This document shows positions 9,213 to 17,942 of a DNA stretch of 64,000 nucleotides, piece after piece. Source of the DNA: Nitrosopumilus sp. (lineage in GTDB: Archaea; Thermoproteota; Nitrososphaeria; Nitrososphaerales; Nitrosopumilaceae); assembly GCA_965223425.1 (NCBI GenBank), contig OZ245003.1:2432001-2496000 (forward strand), read 5' to 3'. The notes beneath the pieces were generated by a model. It was not told the DNA's origin, did not search any database, and saw nothing but the letters and a program-made list of their open reading frames with translations. Made by a program: the position numbers and the translations under genes. Positions within the stretch are counted from its first letter, which is position 1; the number at the start of each line of letters is the position of its first letter.

Positions 9213-10144
9213 TGTTGCAAAAGCAAAAGTCAGAATCCCGTGTTGCTGTATATTATGAATTAACAAAGCCAAAGATCTGGTATTTGCTGGTGTTTACCGC
9301 ATTTGGTGCAGCGTTAACAGCGTCTAATATTTACGGCATTGAAATTTCTCTGGCCACATGGATGCTAATGCTATTTTCAGTTGCGGCAGGTTCGGCTGCT
9401 GCCAACACTTTGACAAACTACCATGATAGAGATATTGATGCAATAATGGAAAGAACTAAGAACAGACCTTTACCATCAAAAAGAATCTATCCGGCAGTAA
9501 AGGCAAGAAATTTTGGATTTGTACTAGCTGGAATATCTCTAGTTTTGGCATTTGGAATTTCATTTACAACAACGTTAGAACAGGGCGTGTGGGCAACCAC
9601 GTTCATCGCATTTGGATTGATAAACAATATTCTTGTTTACTCGTATGCGTTAAAACGAAGTTCAAGAACCAACATAATTTTAGGAGGATTGTGTGGGGGG
9701 TCACCACCTATGATAGGATGGGTGGCTGTGAGCATGTCAGATTTGTGGACAATGGGTCTTGCAATGGCAGGACTGGTGTTTATTTGGATTCCAATGCACA
9801 TTTGGGCATTGACTTTACATTTCAAAGAGGATTATAACAAAGTAAATGTGCCAATGTTGACTGCAGTGCAATCAGAAAAGACGTCAGCAAGGGCAATTGC
9901 AGCTTCAACTGTCGTAATGGTACTATTTTCAATTGCTCCATTCTTTATAACAACTGAAAATGGGGAAGAAATGGTAGGTAGCATATATCTATGGACTGCA
10001 ATTGCATCAGGTGCACTAATGACTGCATTGTCAATTTGGGTCATAGCTAAACCCATGGAAAAAGCCTCCTGGACCTTGTTCAAATTTTCCAGTCCTTACT
10101 TGGCAGTATTGTTTATTGCGTTAATGGTAGATACTGGATTATAA
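9212..10144 (+). CDS. ctaB: Protoheme IX farnesyltransferase (UbiA family)
   Basis: ELTKPKI, DRDIDAIMERTKNRPLPSK, WIPMHIWAL, DYNKVNVPML. Confidence 0.93.
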   Translation: MLQKQKSESRVAVYYELTKPKIWYLLVFTAFGAALTASNIYGIEISLATWMLMLFSVAAGSAAANTLTNYHDRDIDAIMERTKNRPLPSKRIYPAVKARNFGFVLAGISLVLAFGISFTTTLEQGVWATTFIAFGLINNILVYSYALKRSSRTNIILGGLCGGSPPMIGWVAVSMSDLWTMGLAMAGLVFIWIPMHIWALTLHFKEDYNKVNVPMLTAVQSEKTSARAIAASTVVMVLFSIAPFFITTENGEEMVGSIYLWTAIASGALMTALSIWVIAKPMEKASWTLFKFSSPYLAVLFIALMVDTGL

Positions 10145-10348
10145 AATACTGCCATTCTCATCGAGGCTGTTAATCTCTTTAGTAATTTTAGAATGCTTTT
10201 CGACTAGGGTCTCAAGTGCATTTTGTAACTCTGTAGAATTCCATTTGGAATTGATCATAGAAGATAATTTTGAAACAATGCTCCACTGAAGGTTGTTCTG
10301 CTCATCAACCAATTCTAAGAAGCGCTTACCTTTTTCACCGTCATTCAT
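10139..10348 (-). CDS. Small hypothetical protein
   Basis: 69-aa helical ORF with host-like codon usage, convergent with ctaB. Confidence 0.6.
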   Translation of the reverse strand: MNDGEKGKRFLELVDEQNNLQWSIVSKLSSMINSKWNSTELQNALETLVEKHSKITKEINSLDENGSIL

Positions 10349-10672
10349 GATTTTTCGACATGACGCGATGATAAAAAAGTTAGCAGAGGGTAATAATATA
10401 ATTTCAAAGCATTATTAGGAAATACGGAATATCAGATGTGTTGAAATGCAGTATATCAGAGTGTAGGTTAAAAGCGGCAGAAACCGTGAAAATCAGTTTT
10501 AAAGAAACCAGAAACCTATGTGAAAACCATTACAAACTGTTCAAAAATAAGGAGAAAAAATATCTTGCAAATTTTACCAAAGCATCAAAATTTGAGTTAT
10601 GATCCTTTAAAAAAAAATTTCAAACTTCAAAATTATTGAAAGATTTAACACTTACTATTTTTAAACAAAAGT

Positions 10673-11164
10673 ATGGCCGCCAAGAAAAAGACTGTTGAGA
10701 AGAAAAAGAAGGCTGTTAAGAAAAAGTCAACCAAAAAGAAGGCCGTTAAACCAAAAAAACAAGCAAAGTCTTCAACAAAAAGACCTGAATTTGAGAAAGC
10801 ATGGGCAGAATACAATTCGGCACTAAATGGTTGGAAAGAATCTCTTGCGCAATGGCAAAAGGCTACAAATGAAACTCTGATGACATATCATGATGCGTGT
10901 CAAAAAGCATTAGAGTCAGACTCGGAATTATTGAAGAAAGTAAGTTCAAGTTGGGAAAGCACGTGGGAAGAAATTGGCCCCGAATACATTAAACAGCAAA
11001 CCAAGATGATTGAAAACATTTTCAAAGAAACCAATATTGGATCAATAAAAAAATTCAATGAACAGTGGGAAAAGTTTCTTAAAACATCAGGAGGTGATTC
11101 AATAAAGGCATATCAAGAAGCCATTAAAAGATTTAATCAAACGTGGCAATCCGAAAAGATGTAA
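10673..11164 (+). CDS. Hypothetical protein: Lys-rich N-terminus plus Trp/Gln-rich amphipathic helices
   Basis: 163-aa ORF, AAKKKTVEKKKKAVKKK followed by repeated W-containing helices. Confidence 0.75.
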   Translation: MAAKKKTVEKKKKAVKKKSTKKKAVKPKKQAKSSTKRPEFEKAWAEYNSALNGWKESLAQWQKATNETLMTYHDACQKALESDSELLKKVSSSWESTWEEIGPEYIKQQTKMIENIFKETNIGSIKKFNEQWEKFLKTSGGDSIKAYQEAIKRFNQTWQSEKM

Positions 11165-11183
11165 TTCTGCAAATTAAAATTTA

Positions 11184-12014
11184 TTATTTTTTTAATTTTA
11201 CAACTCGGAAAACTTTACAGTCACAAACAGAACAGGTTCCCCTAACCGCAGGTCTGCCGTTTTTCAGTGGTTTCTTCTGGATTTTTAATTTTTCTTTTGG
11301 TTTTACATTTGGCACAGTAAGCTTGTGGGGAATCTGATCCTGAAGTGCCTTTAGCGGTTGTCGAGCGAGTAAGTTTTTTCTCAGCATTATCAAGTTTATC
11401 AGTTTGTTTTTCTAATGTTTGGATAATTTCATGTTCAATATCAATATCCTCGAGTTTTCCAATTTCTTTTTCGAATTTCTCATCCTTTGATAATTGTTCG
11501 GTTGATTCATCTGATGACGGATTTGATTGAGCAGACAACACATCTTCTAATTCATCAATTTCTTTCTGTAAATCATCAAACTGTGCTACTTTTCAGTAGT
11601 AGCTTCTTCTAATTCTGGTGTCGGTTCAAAGCCTTTTGGCAGAGTACCTTGTGTAGTCGAAGAATCTGGTTTTGATTCAAATGTTAATTCCTTAACTGGT
11701 TCAGGTGGCGGTACTGACGTTTCAGGCAAGTCACCAAGATAATCCAGTTTGACTTTGTTTCCATCAATTCGTAGATAGGGATTACCTGCAATTGAAAAAG
11801 TTCGAATTTTGTGCCCCTTTTTCCAAGAATCTTGCCCACTGTAAATTGTAATGTAGCTCAGTCCATTTTGTATATCAGAGCATATAGTCAAGCGATCTAC
11901 CAACTCTCCTTCAGTAATTCCTTGATCAGTATCTTGATGACGTATGACAGCATAGATTAAATGATCAAAATCAAAACTTGCCTCCGAAATTAAATAATCG
12001 GCCCAGTGACTCAT
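11184..12014 (-). pseudogene. DUF3892-like N-terminus / coiled coil / C-terminal Zn-ribbon (DUF5679-like) protein with two frameshifts
   Basis: Three overlapping minus-strand ORFs join into one protein across shifts at about 11590 (GAAAAGTAGCA) and about 11270 (AYCAKCK...|KNGRPAVRGTCSVC). Confidence 0.7.
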
Positions 12015-12452
12015 TATAAAAAATAAGAATTGTTTTCTAGTAAATAAGCAAGATCAATAAAATACACTGGAAGGTTCGCGGATGTTTTCAACAAATTATG
12101 AGTTTTCGAAGAAGTGTAAAGATAGGCGGGTTTTTGGAAAGAACCAAACATAATAGGGAATTCTGATAGATAGAAATTAGACCCCGCACTGTATGTGTGG
12201 ACATTGCCTTGAAAAGTCTCGAGAGCTTAAGTGTAGCGGCTCTCTAACGTAACACTATAACCCTCTAATGTAACGCCATCTCAAAATCGGTGAAAACCCT
12301 CGAAGATGTACCAGTATAGTCTCTAGGACTGCTAAATTTGAATCAATAAAATATTGATGATTGTTTGATCGGGTAAAAATTAACAAACAAAAAATAATAA
12401 CATTATACACCATCTTGATGTAATTATGCAACCAACCCTGAAAAATCACTCC

Positions 12453-12974
12453 ATGAAGACTTTGCCAGATCTTGTAGAACCAAACATGAGCGTGATATTT
12501 GTTGGAACAAATCCAGGAGAAAAATCCGCAAGAATTGGCCATTATTTTGCAGGAGCAAGCAACATGTTTTGGAAGTTATTACATGAATCAAATTTAACAG
12601 GTGAAAGACTGACTACCGAATTAGATAGAAAAATGGTACAGTATGGTTATGGGCTAACAGATGTTGTTAAACGACCTACACGTTCTACTACAGAACTCCG
12701 AAGAAATGATGGAAATGGAGCTAAGAACCGATTATATTGCATTATAGAAAAAAATGAACCTGATGTGGTTGCTTTTGTTGGAAAAACTGGCTATAGGTAT
12801 TATCTAGATGAAAATAATAAAAAGGTAAAATATGGTTCTCAAAAATTTAAAATTGGAAAATCATCTGTGTATCTTCTCCCTTCTACCAGCGGCCAAAGTT
12901 TTGCAGATACAAGCTACAAGGAGAAATTATACTGGTATAAGAGGCTAAGAACATATGTTCATGCATATTCATAA
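12453..12974 (+). CDS. mug: Mismatch-specific uracil-DNA glycosylase (UDG family 2, MUG/TDG)
   Basis: LPDLVEP..VIFVGTNPG..S...GHYFA...NMFWKLL, GLTDVVKRPT, LPSTSG. Confidence 0.92.
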   Translation: MKTLPDLVEPNMSVIFVGTNPGEKSARIGHYFAGASNMFWKLLHESNLTGERLTTELDRKMVQYGYGLTDVVKRPTRSTTELRRNDGNGAKNRLYCIIEKNEPDVVAFVGKTGYRYYLDENNKKVKYGSQKFKIGKSSVYLLPSTSGQSFADTSYKEKLYWYKRLRTYVHAYS

Positions 12975-13071
12975 TTATAAACATTCAGAAAATATCGATC
13001 ATTATTTTTTGAATTGTGATCACAATTCTGTAATAGGCTTTTTATAGGTCATTTTTGTAAAAACGTCCAAG

Positions 13072-13548
13072 TTGACGGCTTCATCTCTTGCAGGTTTTTT
13101 CAACGGAATCAATAAAACTCTTTCAATGGATCAATTTGATGATAAACTAAAAGTTCAAAAAATAACTTACCTTGCCCAAGAATCTGGGATTGATCTAGGG
13201 TATGAATTTGAGTGGTATATACGAGGTCCCTATTGCAAACAAGTTTCTGAAGATGCACATACAGCTATAGATGAAAACTTAACTGAACACCCAGATGATG
13301 TTGGTTTAAATCAAGAACAAGTTAGAGAGTTTGGAGAAATGTTAAGACCTCATCTTAACAAGACAGATTGGTTAGAAATTGCAGCATCAATATTATATCT
13401 AAAAAATGAAAATTATGCAAATGAAGAGTTAGACAATATTATTGGTTACCTATTAGAAGATCTTACTTATGGTTACAAAAATTTTGAAGAAACTTTAATT
13501 CGTAGGGTTTTAGCAGATATGCTAAGATTGAACATACTAACAGCATAA
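13072..13548 (+). CDS. YwgA/Panacea(DUF4065)-like winged-helix protein
   Basis: KLKVQKITYLAQ..GIDLGYEFEWYIRGPYC..V and WLEIAASILYL resemble the QK..Y...Y.F.....GPY and LE..AT pattern of these families. Confidence 0.6.
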   Translation: MTASSLAGFFNGINKTLSMDQFDDKLKVQKITYLAQESGIDLGYEFEWYIRGPYCKQVSEDAHTAIDENLTEHPDDVGLNQEQVREFGEMLRPHLNKTDWLEIAASILYLKNENYANEELDNIIGYLLEDLTYGYKNFEETLIRRVLADMLRLNILTA

Positions 13549-13592
13549 CATAATAGTTAAAACCGTATTCTCGATCATGAGATTGTCTTAAT

Positions 13593-14597
13593 TTGTTTGA
13601 TCAAAAATGGAAAGAAATTCTTCAAGATGTAAAAGATAATGGCATTACCGTTGAGCGAGGTGAAAAAAGAGCATTCCGAGAGAAAATTTCATATCAGTTT
13701 CAAATAGATGACCCAAGAGATAGAATAATTTTTAACAAAAGTTTTGGTTTGAACATATTCCAATGTATAGGACAATTTTTGTGGATTACTCAAGGTAGTT
13801 TCAATGCTGAAACAATCAAATATTATGCCCCATTTTCTTCAAAGTTTTCTTCTGATGGATTCAAGATGATTGGTGCTTACGGACCCAGATTATTTGGAAT
13901 CCATCATTTAGAACAAATCAAACATGTTATCAATGTATTAGATGGAGACCCATCCAGAAGAAGGGCTGTTGCATCAATTTATCTTCCCCAGTTTGATCAG
14001 CACAAAACAGCTGATGAGGTACCTTGTACATTAAATTTACAGTATTTAATACGAGAGCAAAAAGTTCAATCAGTTACATATATGAGAAGTCAAAATGCCT
14101 TTAGACTTCTACCTTATGATGTATTTTTGTTTACAATGGTTCAAGAGTATGTCAATGCAGTTTTGACTACTGCTCATAATACAGAATTAGGAACATACAA
14201 TCATTATAGCGGTAGTTTTCATATTTATATGGACGAGTTAGAATTAATTGAAAATGTCTTAGAGGATGATACCAATGAAACTTTTCAAATGAAATCTATG
14301 CCATCAAAGAATGTTATTCTCAGATTACAAAAATTAAATAGATTTGAATCAATAGTTCGAACTATCATCTCTTCACATGAAAAAAGAAGTAATCCTATTG
14401 ATTTTGATTTTCTATTTGAACTATGTAAAGAATGGTTTGATGATTCTTATTGGAAGCAATTTGCTTTATTATTGATTTGTTATGGTGCAATAATAATGAA
14501 AAATAATGAAAATAAAGATTATGCAATATCATTATTAGATCCAATTTACAAGCATATGGTACAAATGTATATTAACAAACAAGCAAATTCAAGTTAA
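13593..14597 (+). CDS. Thymidylate-synthase superfamily protein, (d)CMP hydroxymethylase/MilA-like
   Basis: GAYGPRL, DPSRRRAVASI, DEVPCT (catalytic Cys), MRSQNAF, LPYDVF (Asp in place of the dUMP-selecting Asn), YNHYSGSFHIY, plus a helical C-terminal extension. Confidence 0.82.
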   Translation: MFDQKWKEILQDVKDNGITVERGEKRAFREKISYQFQIDDPRDRIIFNKSFGLNIFQCIGQFLWITQGSFNAETIKYYAPFSSKFSSDGFKMIGAYGPRLFGIHHLEQIKHVINVLDGDPSRRRAVASIYLPQFDQHKTADEVPCTLNLQYLIREQKVQSVTYMRSQNAFRLLPYDVFLFTMVQEYVNAVLTTAHNTELGTYNHYSGSFHIYMDELELIENVLEDDTNETFQMKSMPSKNVILRLQKLNRFESIVRTIISSHEKRSNPIDFDFLFELCKEWFDDSYWKQFALLLICYGAIIMKNNENKDYAISLLDPIYKHMVQMYINKQANSS

Positions 14598-14599
14598 AA

Positions 14600-15130
14600 T
14601 TAAATTGAATTAGAATATTTACGAAGTGAACGATACCAATCTAATTTTTCATAGTACTTTGTATCTGCATAACTTTGTCCACTTGTTGAAGGTATAAGAT
14701 AAATTCGTATGTCACCGTACTTGTATTGAAATCCATATTCTAAATTAGAATATTGATTTTGTGAATATATTCTAAAACCCATTTTCCCAACAAATGCCAC
14801 TATTTTAGGCTTGAACAAATCCAAGGTTCGATTAAGCCTTCTAGTGCTTTTAATCGTATATTGCTGTTTTATGTCCGAAACGGTTCTAGTAGGTATTTTA
14901 ACAATATCCGTTAAACCATAACCATACTTCAACATTTTTCTGTCATCTTCAGTTTTTAACAACACGTTAGTTAGGTTTGATTCATACATTAGTTTCCAAA
15001 ACACATTAGAATGTCCTGCAAAATAATGGCCAATTTGTGAGGAACGTACACCTGGGCTAGTACCTACAAAAAGAATTTTCAATTTTTTTTTAAGTATGTC
15101 TGGTAATGGCTTTAGTTTTTCACTCAACAA
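14600..15130 (-). CDS. Second MUG/TDG-family glycosylase with variant motif GTSPG
   Basis: LPDIL..ILFVGTSPG..S...GHYFAG..NVFWKL, GLTDIVKIPT, IPSTSGQSYADT; clear paralog of 12453-12974. Confidence 0.88.
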   Translation of the reverse strand: MLSEKLKPLPDILKKKLKILFVGTSPGVRSSQIGHYFAGHSNVFWKLMYESNLTNVLLKTEDDRKMLKYGYGLTDIVKIPTRTVSDIKQQYTIKSTRRLNRTLDLFKPKIVAFVGKMGFRIYSQNQYSNLEYGFQYKYGDIRIYLIPSTSGQSYADTKYYEKLDWYRSLRKYSNSI

Positions 15131-15179
15131 CTATCTGCAAAAGTACTCATAAAAAAAAGATATCATAAAGGTACAGATT

Positions 15180-15401
15180 TTAGAGATCTTCTGCTTTGAA
15201 AGGATCTGTTAATTCCATGTTTGGAAATTCAATCCACCGCATTTTCCATTGACTTTCATCTCTCAAAATGTTGAGTGTTGCATCACATTTCTTACATTTG
15301 TAGATCAGATTACTTCTTCTAGTGAAATTGATCAATTTCTTGATTACATATCTCTGAGGTTTGTTCTTGAATCCACAATCTCCACAGGTAATTGTAATCA
15401 T
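15180..15401 (-). CDS. Small Zn-ribbon hypothetical protein
   Basis: CGDC...CKKC in a 73-aa ORF. Confidence 0.55.
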   Translation of the reverse strand: MITITCGDCGFKNKPQRYVIKKLINFTRRSNLIYKCKKCDATLNILRDESQWKMRWIEFPNMELTDPFKAEDL

Positions 15402-15500
15402 AGGTTATTGTATTATCTTTCTGATCTATAACTTGTATTGATCAACTCTGTTGACCAAAAATCAATTTTTTCATAGTGGTCTTAAAAAATTAGGATCAAT

Positions 15501-16088
15501 TTGTGGGATATGAAAAGTAGTTCATCCCAGTCCTCGCTGTACAGTGCCAGGAGCACCTGTGGGTGCTACAAGCATACAAGATGCAGTCAGGGATCAGACC
15601 GGAATAAATATCCCCACAACACCATTCACAGGATATTGAGGGACGAAGATCTGGCATCAGAAGAGTCAAGGAAGGGCAAAAAGCGAAGATGGATCCGCTA
15701 CGAGCGCACGTATTCAAACTCCCTGTGGCATACTGACTACAAGCTGCTTGATGACGGCAGGTGGTTCCTGTGCTACGAGGATGACGCCTCCAGGTTCGTG
15801 ACAGGGTATGGCATGTTTGATAATGCCACTACAGAAAACGCACTCAGGGTGCTAGATCAGGCCATAAGGAACCATGGCAAGCCTGCGGCAGTCATGATGG
15901 ATCACGGCTCGCAGTTTTATGCAGACGAAAAGGAATCTCAAAAAAAGGATGCAAGCAAGTTTGAAAAAAGGCTAGTCGAGCTTGGAATAAAACAAATTCT
16001 TGCAGTAGGACGCCAACAAACCAATGGAAAGCTGAAGCGCCTGCACGGCGAAATACAGCGCAAGCTTCCGGAGTTGTGGCAATCATGA
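15501..16088 (+). pseudogene. IS481-like (rve integrase core) transposase remnant
   Basis: RYERTYSNSLWHTDYK, DDASRFV, DHGSQF, QTNGKLKR (expected catalytic E reads K); truncated at both ends. Confidence 0.8.
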
Positions 16089-16277
16089 GTATGAAACCAA
16101 GTAGTAGGGGGCGCCTATCTTTACAATTTCTCAAAATCATGAAAATTAATCAAAACATCCTATAACTTTCCAGTGTAAAAATTTTCATTCAAGCCCCCAT
16201 TAACTTCAGAACCCAATAAAATAATCAATTAGGCTCAAAAAATAAGGTTATAATTGGTTTAACAGTGTGATGAACAG

Positions 16278-16658
16278 ATGGAAATCTCGATAGAACCATG
16301 GAAAAAATTGGTTATTCACGAAGTAATTGAATACAAATTTGATGACTGGGTAAAACAAATAGCATTTAGTACAAGAACGTCAGGGGGAGCAATACCCACA
16401 ATGCAGTGGACAAACGGAATTGTTTTTTCACCAGCAAATTTTCCAACAACGAATTCCACTGTCGAAGAGCAACTAAAAGGAACTTTGCATTGGTCATCAG
16501 TATCTTTTGCAATTAAAGAAAAATTTGAAAAACAAATAGTAAAAGAAAACGCAACTATCAATCTAGTTGATGTTAGTGTAAATGAGATTTTTAAAGAATT
16601 GGCAACAAATTTGAAAGCACAGTCAAAATATGCTGCTTTAGAATCCGACAAAGACTAA
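16278..16658 (+). CDS. Conserved-looking hypothetical protein
   Basis: 126-aa ORF with host-like composition, coupled to the next ORF. Confidence 0.75.
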   Translation: MEISIEPWKKLVIHEVIEYKFDDWVKQIAFSTRTSGGAIPTMQWTNGIVFSPANFPTTNSTVEEQLKGTLHWSSVSFAIKEKFEKQIVKENATINLVDVSVNEIFKELATNLKAQSKYAALESDKD

Positions 16659-17341
16659 TGAATATCGAAGAAACGATCAAAAATTGTGAGATGTATCTAA
16701 AACAGATCAGACAGTATGATCCTGATCCTTACTATGTAAATTATTTTTTTAACAAATACATAGATTCGGTAAATGACACAATTAATGGAATTTTTGAAGA
16801 AGGGGACAGGGATTTTGGGTTGTTTATTTCAGAGAAGGCCGTGCAGGAAAAATTTGAAGAAAAAGCAAGAAAGAAAAACGATCAAAACGCCATAAAATTT
16901 TCAAAATGGTATTCAGCACAATATAATCAGGAACATCAGAACCCATATCCAAATTTTATAAAAAAAATCTGCCAATTCAAAAATAAGTTTGAAAAACTGC
17001 CTGAGATCAAAGTTATGATCAGGGCATCAGAACGATACAAAAATGATATTTATCAGCATATTAAAATTAATTCAAGTCAGGGCAAATTACGTTCAAAAGA
17101 AGAGTTAGAAATTGAAATAAAAAGACAGTTGCCAATATTTTTACAAGTAATCAATCATAAAAGAAATGAGAATGACGAGCCCAAAGTAGGCAAAAACCAG
17201 GTAACTGCATCTGCATTTTTAGATATTGAGGAGCATAAAGATGTGGAAATTGTTTATGCAGCAGAAATTTACATTCAAGTTATGAAACGACTAGTTGAAG
17301 AGTCAAGAAGGAAGATAAAAGAATTGACTACACGGAGATAA
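16658..17341 (+). CDS. Hypothetical protein
   Basis: 227-aa ORF with overlapping stop/start (TAATG). Confidence 0.75.
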   Translation: MNIEETIKNCEMYLKQIRQYDPDPYYVNYFFNKYIDSVNDTINGIFEEGDRDFGLFISEKAVQEKFEEKARKKNDQNAIKFSKWYSAQYNQEHQNPYPNFIKKICQFKNKFEKLPEIKVMIRASERYKNDIYQHIKINSSQGKLRSKEELEIEIKRQLPIFLQVINHKRNENDEPKVGKNQVTASAFLDIEEHKDVEIVYAAEIYIQVMKRLVEESRRKIKELTTRR

Positions 17342-17476
17342 TTTTGAAGTTGAATCCAAATAACATGTTTAACTCATGGGCAGATGTTTCATTGATCTAA
17401 CGCAGTAAATGCAATTCCCAGCACCAATAGAAATAACAGATACAGAGGCTGGTTTGTGGTTTCATTTCCATTTGGA

Positions 17477-17893
17477 TTATTGGCTTTTTGGCCACATTGT
17501 AGTCCAAGTTTCGGCAAACTTTTTCATCATTTCACCGTAGGCTTGCATTTGTTCTAATCCAGACGAGCCCAAAGTCTTTTGCCAATTTTCAGCAAATTGC
17601 GTGAAAACAGAGGCGTTAGAATCACTGAGAGCTTTTTGCCAATTTTCACTAAACTCTTTGAGGGATTGAATTCCTGCTTCGTTCATTGCCTTTTGCCAAT
17701 TTTCGCCAAATAATTTCATGGTCTCTGCACTTGATTCGGCAGTAGCCTTGTCCCAGACTTGATTGAATTTGGTTTGCATTTCATTACTTGCATTTTGGAT
17801 TTGTTCAAAAAGGGATTTCCAGTTTTCAAGAGATCTTGCATATTCTTGCCACAAGGAGTCCCATTCGTTTGTTTTTTCTTGTTCAGACATCAA
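17477..17893 (-). CDS. Hypothetical Trp/Gln-rich helical repeat protein
   Basis: Repeats of F.ENWQK; similar in style to 10673-11164. Confidence 0.75.
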   Translation of the reverse strand: MMSEQEKTNEWDSLWQEYARSLENWKSLFEQIQNASNEMQTKFNQVWDKATAESSAETMKLFGENWQKAMNEAGIQSLKEFSENWQKALSDSNASVFTQFAENWQKTLGSSGLEQMQAYGEMMKKFAETWTTMWPKSQ

Positions 17894-17942
17894 TGAAAGA
17901 TAGTCGTCATTATTCTTAAATGGATCTGTGAAAATCGGTTAG

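Noticed and set aside
13593-14597. Housekeeping thymidylate synthase ThyA
   Set aside because: Asp at the dUMP-selecting Asn position, altered RSxD motif, extra C-terminal domain and accessory island context.
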